Positions 35,160 to 47,800 of a DNA stretch of 64,000 bases are shown piece after piece. Source of the stretch: Azolla caroliniana (taxonomy: Eukaryota > Plantae > Polypodiophyta); NCBI GenBank assembly GCA_043228905.1, contig JBHGNT010000012.1, forward strand, positions 20,832,001 through 20,896,000. Reading direction: 5' to 3'. Made by a program: the position numbers and the translations under genes. Under the pieces are notes generated by a model. The model was not told the origin of the DNA. It worked only from the letters and a program-made list of their open reading frames with translations, and ran no database searches. The first letter of the stretch is position 1, and every line of letters starts with the position of its first letter.

Positions 35160-38100
35160 CTACTTCAAAAGATTGCACTCTTGCAATATAAAGTGAGGAA
35201 ATTGTGCCTTAAGCGAATGCTCGCGTTCCCATGTGGCATCATCAATAGGTTTATCCATCCATTTGATCTTGAATAGCCGAATCTCTTTAGAACGTAAACG
35301 TTTAGTACGAGAATCAAGAATTCGTTCAGGAACATGAGGTTTGTAAGAAAAATCCTCTAATGTTACAAGATCTTGGATTGTGATGGTGTTATCACCAGAG
35401 CCTAAAAATGGTTTTAGACGACTGACGTGAAAAACAGGATGAATACCAACGTTACGAGGTAAGGCAAGGTGATAAGCAGATGACCCAACTCGCTTAAGGA
35501 TTTCAAATGGGCCACAATATCGTGGGGCTAACTTAGCGCACTTGCCCGTAGATAATGACGTAGAATCAGTCGGGACACGCAAAAAAACTTTTTGACCAAT
35601 AGTAAATGCACGAGGACGTCTATCCTGATCAGCATAAAATCGAGCACGATCTTGAGCTGTCTTGACATTTTCTTTGGCAATATGCAACATTTGGTTCATG
35701 TCTTGCAAAAAATTGCGTGTACTGTCTAATGTATCACGATGAATCGTGACATCAACTGGGGCACGTGGCTGAAAACCATACATCAACATAAAAGGACTAT
35801 ATCCAGTGGATGTATGTTTAGTTAGAGCTATTATAGGCAAATTCTAAGATAGGAAGGTATTGCTCCCACTTAGAAGGGGTTTTTGCTACATAAGCTCGAA
35901 GCATGTCCTCAATAATTTGATTAACTCGTTCAGTTTGTCCATCAGACTGAGGATGATCTGCGGAACTCATGCTCAACGTAGTTTCTAGTTTCTTAAAGAC
36001 CTGAGTCCAAAAGTCACTAGTAAACTTGGAATCTCGATCACTAACAATATCCATCGGTAATCCATAAAAACGAAATAACTCATCAACAAATTGATAAGCC
36101 AACTGTTGAGCGGTTACCGTGGTTTTTGTAGGAATAAATCTAGCTAATTTTGTTAGCCTGTCAACGACAACCCATATGGCATCATGACCCCTCTGTGTAC
36201 GAGGTAAACTAACAATAAAATCCATCGAGATACTTTCCCATTTATTGTTGGGAATATCTAAGGGATGTAAAAGACCAGCAGCTTTAAGTCGTTCCGACTT
36301 ATTAATCTGACATTGTAAGCATTGAGTTACGTATTTATGCACGTCAGAGCGCATCTTAGGCCAGAAAAAAGTACACGAGATGAGAACGAGTGTGCGTTGT
36401 ATTCCAGGATGACCAGCAGATGGTGCATCATGACATTCATGAAAAAATTTCTGTTTAACATTTGGTAAATCTGGAACACAGACCTTTCCACTACGGTGGA
36501 GCAAACCGTTTGTAATGTGAAAGGTCGCCTTCGAGGGTAGGGTGCTAGTATCGGCATCTAAACCAGATTCGGCTTTCGTCCAGTATTTTGAGAAATAACT
36601 GTCATCAAGGTATTTCCCTCGAAGGTGATCTAAAAGATCAGATTTTATTTCCGTGAAGCTAAGCATGTTAACTTCTTTAATGCGACTAAGAGCATCAGCA
36701 ACGGTGTTCATAGAACCCTTGCGATATCGTATGGAAAAATCAAAATCTTGCATAAGGTCAGCCCAACGGCCTTTACGACCAACAAGATCGGGCTGGTCAC
36801 AAAAATACTTTAATGATTGATGGTATGTTGTAACCACAAATTTATTTCCATAGAGATAGTGCCTCCATGTTTTAAGTGCGTGTATCACCACAAACAACTC
36901 TTTCTCTTGAACCGAATACCGAGATTGAGCAGCATCAAGCTTCTTACTTTCAAAAGCAATAGGGTGACCACCTTGATAAAGAACGGCACCAATAGCATAA
37001 TCACTAGCATCGGTTTCAATTGAGAAAGGCTTAGAAGGGTCTGGTAATAGAAGAGTGGGAGCCTGACACACATGCTCCTTGAGTGTCTCAAATGATTTGT
37101 CAAGTTGTTCATTCCATGAAATTGGTTTGACAGACTTACGTGGATGACCTTTTAAAAGGTCAGTTAATGGCGTAGTCAATTTGGAATAGTTACGAATTGA
37201 TTTTCGTAAAAATCCAACAAACCCTAAGAATGATCTAAGTTCACGAATATTACGAGGAATGGGCCAAAGTTTAACCTTTTCAATACGAGAAGGTTCAATT
37301 TCAACGCCATTTTCTGTAATTAAATGACCTAGGTACACAATAGATTTTTGGAAGAAGTCACATTTTGAATGTTTTGCATAGAAAGAGTTGTCACGCAACT
37401 TTCGCAAAACAAATCGAACATGTTGAACATGATCTTGCAAGGTACGACTATATATCAAAATATCATCCAAGAAGACGACGACAAAATCACCGAGTTGATC
37501 TCGGAAAACATCATTCATCGCTTGTTGGAATGTGGCTGGAGCATTAGTCAACCCAAATGGCATGACTAAAAACTCATAATGGCCATAGCGCGTACGAAAA
37601 GCGGTTTTAGGAATATCATCCTCGGCGATGCGAATCTGATGATAACCAGTTCGTAAGTCAATTTTCGTAAAATATCGAGCCCCGTGCAATTGATCAATCA
37701 AATCATCGGCACGAGGTAATGGATATGCATTCTTAATTGTCATTTTATTCAAACGGCGATAATTGATACACATTCGCCACGAACCTTCCTTCTTTTTGAC
37801 TAATAGAACTGGCGCACCCCAAGGTGATTTACTATACCTAATGTGGCCCATACTCAAGTATTCCTTAAGTTGTTTAGCGATCTCATCCTCTTCCAATCGA
37901 CTAAGTCGGTAAGGTGGAATGCTCACAGGAGCAGCCCCAGGGATGAGTTCAATTTGATGGTCCACATTACGTTTAGGTGGTAAAGTAAGCGGTAATTCAG
38001 TAGGAAACACATCTTGAAAATCCTCTAAAATAGAGTCGAGTAATCGTTGCTCAAAATGTGGTAATTGTGTGGCGTCAATATTAAAATAATAAAATTGAAC

Positions 38101-39567
38101 CGCAGGATCAATTACACACGAATAAATTAATGAACTAGAATACTCACTTAAAGATTTAGAAGACACAAGTGAATGAGAAGGAAGTTTGGAACATTGAATA
38201 TAATGTTTACAATTATTAAGTTCAAATGTGATTGAGTGATTAACCCAATCAATGGACAAAGAAGGGTTTTTATTAAAAAACCAAGGATATCCTAAAATGA
38301 CATCTGCGGATTGTAATTTCATAACATGAAAGTCAAGCTTCTCCAAATAAGTATCTATTTGAATTGGCAGTTGACAAACAATGCCACTGATGTATTGAAC
38401 GTTTCCATTTGCCATGTGAACTTGATAGATATGATCACTTGCGTTTATGTGGAGCTCCATTTGCTGCACAAAGTGATCATTAAGAAAATTGTGAGAACTA
38501 CCGGAATCAAACAAGAAATGTGCTTGTGTTCCATTGATATATCCGACTGCTCGGAGTAAATCATTAGGTCCAAGTAAATGTGAAGGAAAAGTGCATTCAC
38601 ATAAACTTAAGTGATTGGTATGAACTTCAACAATATCAAAAGACTCACCTGTGTGACTCGTAGATTTGTCTTGAGGAGGGGTGTTCATTGACTTCCTCTC
38701 AAGACGACGACAGGTATCCTTTGTGTGGCCCCGCTTCTTGCAATATGCACAGAAGAGGTTCAGTTTCTTTGAGTCGCGGTCAAGAGTGTCACTGGATTGC
38801 TTACGTTTCCCAATGAACTTGACATTCGGAGTTTTGGCGAACTCAGGTTTATTGTGGTCTTTCTTGGAAGTCCTATGGTATCGCAGCACAATGTTGACGG
38901 CTTCCTCGAAAGTTGTGGGGTCCTTGTCATGGACAATCCAATGATAATCCCCATTGGGAATACCATTCAAAAAACAAGCGACAAACCATTTCTCACCCGT
39001 AAGTCCCGATTTTTGGATCTGGGTCCGAGCGTGATGCACATAATCCTCGAGAGAGGTAAATGGCTTACTAGACAATGTGAGCAAGTGTTGCGCTTGTTCG
39101 GTTTGAGAAGGTGGCTGCAAGAATTGTTTCTTAAAAACATCAACGAAACCTTCCCAAGTTGTGGGTAAGTTTTTTGCGGTCCTTAGGCCACGCCACCAAG
39201 CAGCAGCTCGGCCACCTAACTCACGACCGACATAACCAATTTTTACTGCATCGGGCTTGGGATGAAGCTCAAAGTGAGACTCCCAACGACCAAGCCAAGT
39301 GCTAATGGCCTCCTCGGTTCTTTCTTTCTTATCTCCCTTGAAAGGCGTGACTACGAAGGAAGGTTCACCTTCTTTCTTGGACTCAATAGTTAATTCTTGG
39401 AATTTCTTTTCCAATGCCATATTGGCCTGTCTCATTTCGGCCAATTGATTCAAGGTAGTAGTTAGCAATTGCTCAATAGTGATCTCAGCTTGTGTGCGAG
39501 ATGCGGATTGGGGTTGAGAGGTCTCATTTGGAGAGATCGTTCCAACTGCGTTCAAAACTTGTTCCAT
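35160..39567 (-). CDS. Chromovirus gag-pol (gag-PR-RT-RH-IN-chromodomain) with a single frameshift near 35820
   Basis: [14 protein letters not shown]; LFDSGSS; FLDDIL; ETDASD; IN SMDF / SDRD / GQTE; GPF motif; chromodomain PERILD...IKW...DATWE. AYNSS|KHTSTG is split across frames. Confidence 0.93.
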
Positions 39568-40539
39568 GATGCATGATGTGGGTATGCAATAAAATAAGGA
39601 GGTTCAGAAAATACACAAGCAAAATGAATGCTTGAAATTTTGATTGAAAGAACTTTATCCAAGAAAGTATCTCATGTCTTTACCCCTCTAGACATATGAG
39701 ATGTGATTCGAGATCCGATAACTATGGTAACACTATGGTGTTTTAAAAACCATGGGGGAAAACATAGCTAAGATGTATTTCTCGGATCTCTATCTTCAGT
39801 AATCATGGCGGCTCCCCGAGGCTCAACCATGGTTCTTACATCAATGAAATTTCCTAGATAGCCTTATATTAATGCCAACCCATCATGTATTATATGGTCG
39901 AGAAAGTGTATTACGTGAAAAAACAAGTGCACTCACAAGTAATATTCTAGTCTTGCGAGCAATAAGCAAACGTGATGATAAAATGATAAAATAAGGCACT
40001 ACTCATAAGAGTTAAGTAGTGACGAAAACAAGGGTAAAAAAAAAGAACCCATGTGTTACCTACGAAAAAAACAATGTCACAAATAAATGGGAAGTGTTAG
40101 GTATGCACATATACATCCCAATATGATTGTTATAACTTGCACAATTGTGACATAAGCCACAAATTGATACAAGTGATGACGGTGTTGTGCGCAAAGATGT
40201 AATACTCAAATCCATGAGTAAAACATCAATAAGGGAACTCATATGGTTTTACTCGTTTTCTAAGGCTTGATGATAAGAGTTAAACCTAGATGACCCGTTG
40301 AAAAAAACTCGTTCAACAAGCCACTCCATACGAAAAAAATAGTCTACACGTAAAGGTTACATTAAAAATAAACGATGTAAATACTTTATACATGAAAAGG
40401 AAGTGGAAAAAGGAGAGTTAATTGTGGGCGGGTAAATAATAATTACTAGAAAATCATATAAGTGAAACAATACTTATGAAATTAAAATTTAATTAGAATA
40501 ATCAACAATTAGGTGTATGGAATCAAACATGCCCTAAGA

Positions 40540-41000
40540 TACGAAACCCTAGGGTAGTTGACATGCACCTCCTCAAGACCACCACATATCCCTAGAATCG
40601 GCCAAGTAATGGCTAATTAAAGAGGAAAGTGGCATAGGTAAGTGACATATACCTCGTCAAGGCCACATCATCCCTTAGAATCGGCCAATTGATGGCTTAA
40701 TAGAGAGTAGAGTGGCATAGGTAGGCAACATACACCTCGTCAAGGCCACATCATCCCTTAGAATCGGCCAAGTGATGGCTCAATAGAGGGGAAGAGTGGT
40801 ATACTCAACATCATATGCAAAACGGCCATGAGATAAGCGTGTGCGATTAGAGCAAACACGCTCGACCCAATGCACAAGAATAATTATTATCGTAAGAGTT
40901 CAAGAGAGGAGAGAGTGGGATATATATCGCAATATGCAAAAGGCCATGAGTTGAGCGTGTGCGATTAGTGCAAACACGCTCGGCCCGATGCATAATAATA
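40540..41000. repeat. Tandem repeats in the chromovirus 5' leader (~71-bp unit x3 plus a second short duplication)
   Basis: Repeated CCTCGTCAAGGCCACATCATCCCTTAGAATCGGCCAA; repeated GGCCATGAG...GTGTGCGATTAG...AAACACGCTCG. Confidence 0.75.
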
Positions 41001-44000
41001 AGTAAAATCGTAGCGTAGTAGGAGGTAGAAAGAAAGAGAATAAAACGTAATACCAATTTGATTCGACCATAAAGAACGCATAATAGAAAAAGAGAAGAGA
41101 TCAAAAAAGAAGAATATCGGGTTTAGAGTGTTGTTTTGATCCTGAGAAGAGCATGACGAGCCTTGTTAGATCCCCCTCGCTCACACGCAAAAAACATCAA
41201 AACAACAAAAAAATTGTTAGTAAAAGCTCTGATACCACTGTTAAGAGTCTATTACTAATCAATAGACCAAATCAAGTAAAAAGGAAGAAAATAGATTGGA
41301 TAGAAGAACCCGTTCCACCCGACCACCCCCGAGCTATGATCTAGACATAGCCAACCTACCACCGACGTCCCCTACCGCCGGATATTAGGATGACTAATAC
41401 CTTGGAAGAGATAAACACGATCGTCGAGACGAAAGCCTAGCCCGCACCACCGGTGTCTACGACAGCAACCTTCCGACGTGATGATCCTTATGAGGGTAGC
41501 TAAGCCTCATATTTATACCTTTTCCTAGGCCCCTTGAATAGATGTGCCTTTCTAAAAGGCTCTCTATTCATTGGTTGTCTAAATCATGATAGTGCATGCA
41601 CATATCATTCATTCTATCCAATCATTAGTCCCCTTTTTAATAATAGTGAACATACCCTTCACTAATGTAAATATTAGTGACCTACCCTCACCAACGTTAT
41701 GTGTACATAACAGGTGGTCCATCCCGTGTATCACTATAACTTTGTTGATGTCTTATTTGTTTTTTGGAACCATGTCGGAGTAAGAGGCCTGGTGAAATAA
41801 AGGATATACATGACTTTCCAACATCCTTTCTTGCGCATCTTGAAAGGGCCAGAAAAGAGAAGGATCAACGCTTGGTAAGGGCGTTTGAGGTGGAAGATCA
41901 CGGCACCTTCAAGAAGTTCAACCACAAAAAAGACATCACCAGAGATCTATACTACAATGTTTATTGTGGTGATGTGGCTGACATGATCCAGAAGTTGCCA
42001 AAGAAAGAGTATACGTTAATGGTAGCTGATATTCCATACGGTTTTCGTATGACTGGTTCAATCTACGATGACAAACCTTTTAGGTTCAAGTAGTTGGAAA
42101 AAATGGTAAAAGATTTCACCGACGTGACCACTGCTTCCTTGTGGAGAATTGTAATATTTCATAGCATGGATCAGGGATATTCCGTGGCTCAAGCGTTGAG
42201 ATCTCGTTGCCATGGAATTGAGAACCTTGCTTGGTAAGGATTTTATCGAAAGCACTATATTTCAATAGGAATTATATATTGTAATTTAAACTGCTTATAA
42301 CTTTTTTCTCAATGATCAGGATTAAAACCAACGTAAATAAGGGACCGACTTTTCGGTTCATCAACGCAAGGGAATATATAATAGTTGGTTATTATGACGA
42401 GATCAAGAAGCAAAGAATCAAGGAGCATTCGAATGAGGTGGGATGCTCAAACCTGCTCGTATATCCAGTCGTGACACGGAAGCTTCGACATGTGACCACG
42501 ACTGAGTGTGGGCTTGTGAATCCCTACTAGAAGCCCCAACGTTTAATGATGCGCCTTGTGGAGATGTTTTCGAATGAAGATGACTGGATATTGGACTTGT
42601 TTTCTGGCACAGGTAAATGGTCGAATAATTTTCCCAATGTCTTGAAGGTTTTATTTATATTTAGACCTATGATAATACTCATTATTTCTTATTTATGGTG
42701 TTTAGGCACCACTTTGGCATGTGCTTTGAAGCTTTTCTGAAATTCGGTCGCATTGGAGAAAGATGAGTAGGTGAACTTCATCAACATGAGGCTTCGCGCG
42801 CTTTGGGAATGCCCCGATCAAGATGAGGAGGTAGGGGCCAAACATATGGCAGATACCGAACGTTTTCAGCTTGCCTCCCGTGAACCGATCCCTCCTTTGG
42901 CTGGTGAACCTGGGGAACTCATAGAGCTTGACGATGACTTAACGGAGGACCCCACGGTAGCGAGTCTATCTGAAGTAGATACTACTACACTAAATGTAGA
43001 TGATAGTTCACCGATTGATGATGAATCCAATGATATGGATACTCTCCTAGCGATGTAGTTAGAGTTTATAAAAAAACTTTTAATGTATTTACTTCTAATG
43101 AAAGATCTTTTAATCAATTCTATTTCCTAATATGATCCAATTTATTTGTTTATATGGTGTTATATTATGTTTTAATTAATGTGTTGCTATGTTTATATCT
43201 TGTGGCACATATTTATTAAATTTGTTGGACTATCATCTAAGTATATAGTTAAGATCAAAGAAAATGTATGTTCATTCTTCATATTTACCCATCAATTGTG
43301 TTTATAAAACTTAGTTCCATGTTTGCTATTGTCAATCACTTTTTGAATTTATTATACTTATAGAATAACTATGATAAATAACATTTATTGGGACTGAAGG
43401 AGGCATTTGTAGATATTGGGGGGTATTTGCTTTATTAGAAGGGATTGTACAACAATAATCATGTTTCTATGGTTGATGGTTGTTTGGACTGGATATATGG
43501 AGGGCTATCAATGTGTGATTTGTCTAGATTATTATTATTCCATTTGTATATATGTGTTTAACCTCTTGATTTAGTGTTTATGTGTAGACAATCAAATGAA
43601 AAATTTTAATACATGCTTTAACGTTAATACAAAAGAGTTATCTCTATTATAGAACCCAAAAATTTAGCATTGCCTATACCTTAATAATAGTCATATATGT
43701 TTTGGGTATATTCTTGTATGTCTAATGTAATGTGAACTAATAGTTATGAGTACGCTTTCTACTTCTAATTTTCATGTGTTATCATGAACATATACATTTG
43801 GTATTATATCCTAATGATTTTTACTAACTATTAGTCATTATGTATTGTATTCAATAATATGTAAATATCAATTTCTCAAATAGTATATACACCTCTCTTG
43901 AAAAGTTTAACCACTGTAAACCTATGCACTTTACATCTCACGAAAATGGAATTCTTGTTTGTTAATGCTTTAGTCAAATAATTAATTTGTATAAAATGAA

Positions 44001-44867
44001 TGTGCGGTAAAAACCAACCCTAAATTTGTAAACATTGCAAGAATAAATCTAGTACATTTATATTTTCTCCAATAAATAGCATGTTCTCTCGGTATAAAGA
44101 TGTATCCGATTAATAAATCAATAAATTCACCATCTATGGTTTATCATGTGATACTAGTGCACGTCATATTTCACAACAAGCTAAAATTGTGTAACTATAA
44201 AGGGAATCTAAAAGTGGAATGCGCGATCCTTCCACTTCTGAACGCGAACGTGTTCAAAATATTTAGACTAAAAAACCTAGTAAAAGTTTGTATACAACGG
44301 GATGCAAGCAAGGCTTGAACCTTGCACCTCCAAGATAGGAGGCAATAGACTTACCACTAGGCTATGTCATTTCCTTGGAAATATTTTTCCTATCATTATA
44401 GTTTTAGATGAGCGCCAAATGGCAAACATGCATCACATGCATTCCATGCATTGTATGCATGTCTTGTACCCTCACATGCATCATATGCATGGGAGCATCT
44501 ATAAAAGGGTGGATGGAAAAGATCAAAATGAGCGATGTATTAATCAAGAAATTAAAAGTAAGAAATTCGTTATCCAATTGATGTATCAATCTTGTTCTTC
44601 AAATCTAAAGTCAAGAGTTCAATCTTAATCTCTCTCAATCTAAAGTCAAGCGTTCTATCTTATCTCAATCTCTCTCTCTTTCAAACTATCTTAATTCCTT
44701 TCTCATTAAATCTAGTGCAAACTTCGAGTCCTTCCAGTCCAGAACCCTGGCGGTTCCGCCTCACGATCCACACGTAGTGACGGATCTTCACGACATAATT
44801 AAGTGGTGAACCCGACGTGAAAGAGGCGGTAGGAAGGATCAAGTCGAGGATCGACCGATACTTGGAG

Positions 44868-47800
44868 ATGGCGTCCTCAAGCAATCAAACGGGAGAGTTC
44901 GAAAGAATGATGTTGATCGTCAAACAAATGATGACATCTCGAGACAATGATGTAAGCGTGGAGAAGGCCGTCGACCGTGTCGTGGAGCTCGAGGGTCAAT
45001 TTGACGGAAGGAACATTATGAAGTTCCTTGATGCATACAAAAGGGAAATGAATCAAAGGGACGTGTCTAAAGCATGTCAAATCCCAAGTTTCAAGAGAGT
45101 GGTCGCCAACAACGTCCAAAGGTGCGTCATCGAGCTTCAGGAAGGGAAGACAACATGGTTTGTGTTCGAGAAAGCGATACCAACGGAGTTCGCGACGGAA
45201 GATTTGTCAAGGATGACTCGACATGCCTTGATGAAGTGGATAGAGAAGAAAAATAAGAAGATGAGTGCCTCGAGGGTGTATGACGAATTCGACCAGATGT
45301 TTAGTCGTCTCGCTGCCACTGACCAAGTGCTGCTTGAGGAGGACAAGACTTTGTACTTCCTAAAAGCTGTGGATATGAAGGATAGACAAGAATTGGGGAC
45401 TCTTCTCGAAGACGATACCCAAGCAAATGGGCTTGTAGCGGACTGGATCGCGGTGAAGCGAGCGTGCAATAGGCTCGACAAGCATCGTCAATGGGTTGAT
45501 GACACTGACTTGGCGGGATCGACTGTCATGGAGAAAACGAGACAACCGAAAGTAGCTAAGCTGCCCAAACAAAGTAACCGAGAAGAAAAGAAGATTGACG
45601 ACGACATCATCGAAGAACTAGCAAAGAAGTTCGAGATGGTCACGCTAGCCAACATGAATCGTCGAGGGACCAAAGGAAAAGAACCCTTTAGATGCGTGTG
45701 GTGCGATAGCATGGACCACATGAGAAGAGATTGTTCGAGCCTTTGAGACATCATTCAACAAAATATCGTGTACATGGATGGCAACATGATCTGCTCAAGT
45801 GAGACTAGGAGACCCCTGCAAGTGAATTTTGGAAGAGGGGGAATGAAGAAAGCTATGGAGGATGCCGAGGCGACTCATGTGGATGCGATGCACTATGCTG
45901 CATTGGCCGAAATAAGAGTCGGGAAAGACAAAAATGAAGTTGCGAAAGTGGGAGCAAAGTTTTGGTCTTCCGTTCTCGAGTATGAGAAGAAGGGGAAGGT
46001 CACATTGAGCGAGGTAGAGCTTGCGGACCGAGGCGTGCAAAGCATAATCGGGTGGTCGGATCCGGTGGATGACAACACCATACTCGCGGAAGTGATGTGC
46101 AACAACCACGAGGTGTTTGTCGAAGAAAAGAGAAAAAGAATAGAAGAGCAAGGCCCATCAAAAAGACATGAAACAAGGAACGCAAAAAAGAAAGAAGATG
46201 CAGAAACGAATCGACCTTTACAAATGGAGGAAGGAGACGCTAGCCGAAAAGTGAAGTTGATCAAACAAGTCAAAGAAACGGTTCGGCCCGTGAGGATTGG
46301 TGTCGAAGACCCCGCTTGAAAGACAAGGACTATGCCTACCTATAAGCTAAGGTCAGACATAGAGCAGACGACAGACCTGAACAAGATTCTCGAGGAACGC
46401 GTTCTTGATATCCACGTGACTTTGTCCTTGAGGGAATTACTCAACATTACGAAGAAGGAGTTCCATGACACGATCGTGGACCTTGTAAAAAGAAAGAGGC
46501 AACAATCGGATGAAGAAGAAGAGAAGCCACAAAAAGCAAAGACAAATGCCATAACGATGGCAAGGGACGAAGTCAATGAAGATATGGTGGACAACCACTA
46601 TACTCGACCTCATTGGGCACGAGCAACAATGGAGACGCCAGTGAAGATCGGGGAGAAGAAAGAGACCGTGGTAGCCTTGATCAACCATGGCTCGGAGATC
46701 AACCTCATGTCAACCGAGTTCTACAAAAAAGGAAGATGGCCAATCAATACAAACCACGGATGGAAGATTCGAGTGGCAACAAAGTCTACGGAGGACTTGT
46801 ACCGAGCTTGTCCCAATATTAAAGTCACAATCGGGGATGTGGAGATGGATCAACACTTCTTCGTGCAAGAATCGGCGTCGCATCCTATCATCCTAGGACA
46901 ACCATATATCACATCATCCCGGATGGAGACCAAGGTGTTCGATAATGGAGCAACCTTCGCGCGAATCAAGAGTCTTGACAATCAAAGATATGTTCAATTC
47001 CTAACGGTGCGAGCTAATCATGAAAGAAATCGAGATAGTCTTGGAGGTGAATCCCTGGATTTTTAGAGCGGACTATTGAAGCATGGGGCACAAATAGTTC
47101 GAGCGATCGCAAGTCCCCACAAGGGAGTAGAGCGCGTGGATTGCGAGGGGAAGCAACATGTGACACACCTAATGGCACATGTAAACTAGTACTACCTGAC
47201 AAGAAGGACAAGCATCAAATACAAGACTTCCAGAAGATGCTGAAAGAAGAAAACATAATAGAAGAAGAAGAGTTCGTGACTCGTATTATGGAAGAAGCCT
47301 CATTTAACGACACCATCGGCGAAATCGAGGACGTCGTGGACTTGAGCTATCTTCACGATCGACACGTGATTTCGGTTAACTCCATCAACATGTACGCTAT
47401 CATCGATGAATATCATCGAAGCATCTTCATGAAGGAAGCTGACATCAACACAAAATATAAAACGGTGGATAGGAAGATCAAGCCAGTTACGGTTCCGCTA
47501 CCGGAAGATAGCTGGCAAAAGATGAAGGAAGTCGCTAACGATCCAAGCTTAAGAGATCCAAAGGTTCATGTCTTCACTGAAGAGACAAAAGGGAAGCTAC
47601 GAGTTGGAAGGGAGGATTTCCTTCTCTCTGAAGAGGAGCGAATGTTTCGCGACATCCTTGAGAGACATGGGAAGGCTTTCGCATTTTTCCCACGAGAAAT
47701 CGGATGTGCTGATCCAATGACGACATAGTAGATGGTAATCTTCACGGTGCCACATGTGCCTTGGAATTTGAAACCGATACCAGTTCTGAGAGCACATCTA

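Larger units (their letters stand above)
34679..41712 (-). mobile_element. Young Ty3/gypsy chromovirus in an intron of the ParB-MTase gene
   Basis: 474-bp LTRs 34679-35152 and 41239-41712 (one mismatch seen); TSD GGTGG; PBS rc TGGTATCAGAGC at 41226-41237; PPT at 35153-35161. Confidence 0.97.
31995..43058 (+). pseudogene. Spliced ParB/Srx-like domain plus beta-class N4-C/N6-A DNA methyltransferase fusion gene
   Basis: Exons 31995-33623, 33701-33792 joined to 34596-34642, ~41785-42233, 42320-42612 and 42706-43058; GT-AG junctions keep the frame. ParB-like: IREP..HVQNLKKKM...PFIVMV...YFVIGGSHSAEAIRQL...LTTEEAKLLAWDHN. MTase: YCGDV...LMVADIPYG, LAWIK, EYIIVG, NPY*KPQRLMMRLVEMFSNEDDWILDLFSGTGTT...ALEKD. 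The start exon and the acceptor near 41785 are uncertain. Confidence 0.85.
19686..44254. mobile_element. Sola-like cut-and-paste DNA transposon carrying a ParB-methyltransferase gene (~9.4 kb once five nested insertions are removed)
   Basis: TIRs 19686-19719 AACGCGTTCGCATTTAGAAGTGGAAGGATCGCGC and 44221-44254 (rc AACACGTTCGCGTTCAGAAGTGGAAGGATCGCGC), 31/34 identical. TSD CAAA at 19682-19685 and 44255-44258. The empty site GAACAAAATATCT is visible in the sister LTR at ~51168-51180. Confidence 0.9.

Noticed and set aside
31995-43058. Bacterial or phage contamination as the source of the ParB-MTase
   Set aside because: The gene has in-phase GT-AG introns and plant LTR insertions with TSDs, and sits inside a TIR element within a plant retrotransposon.
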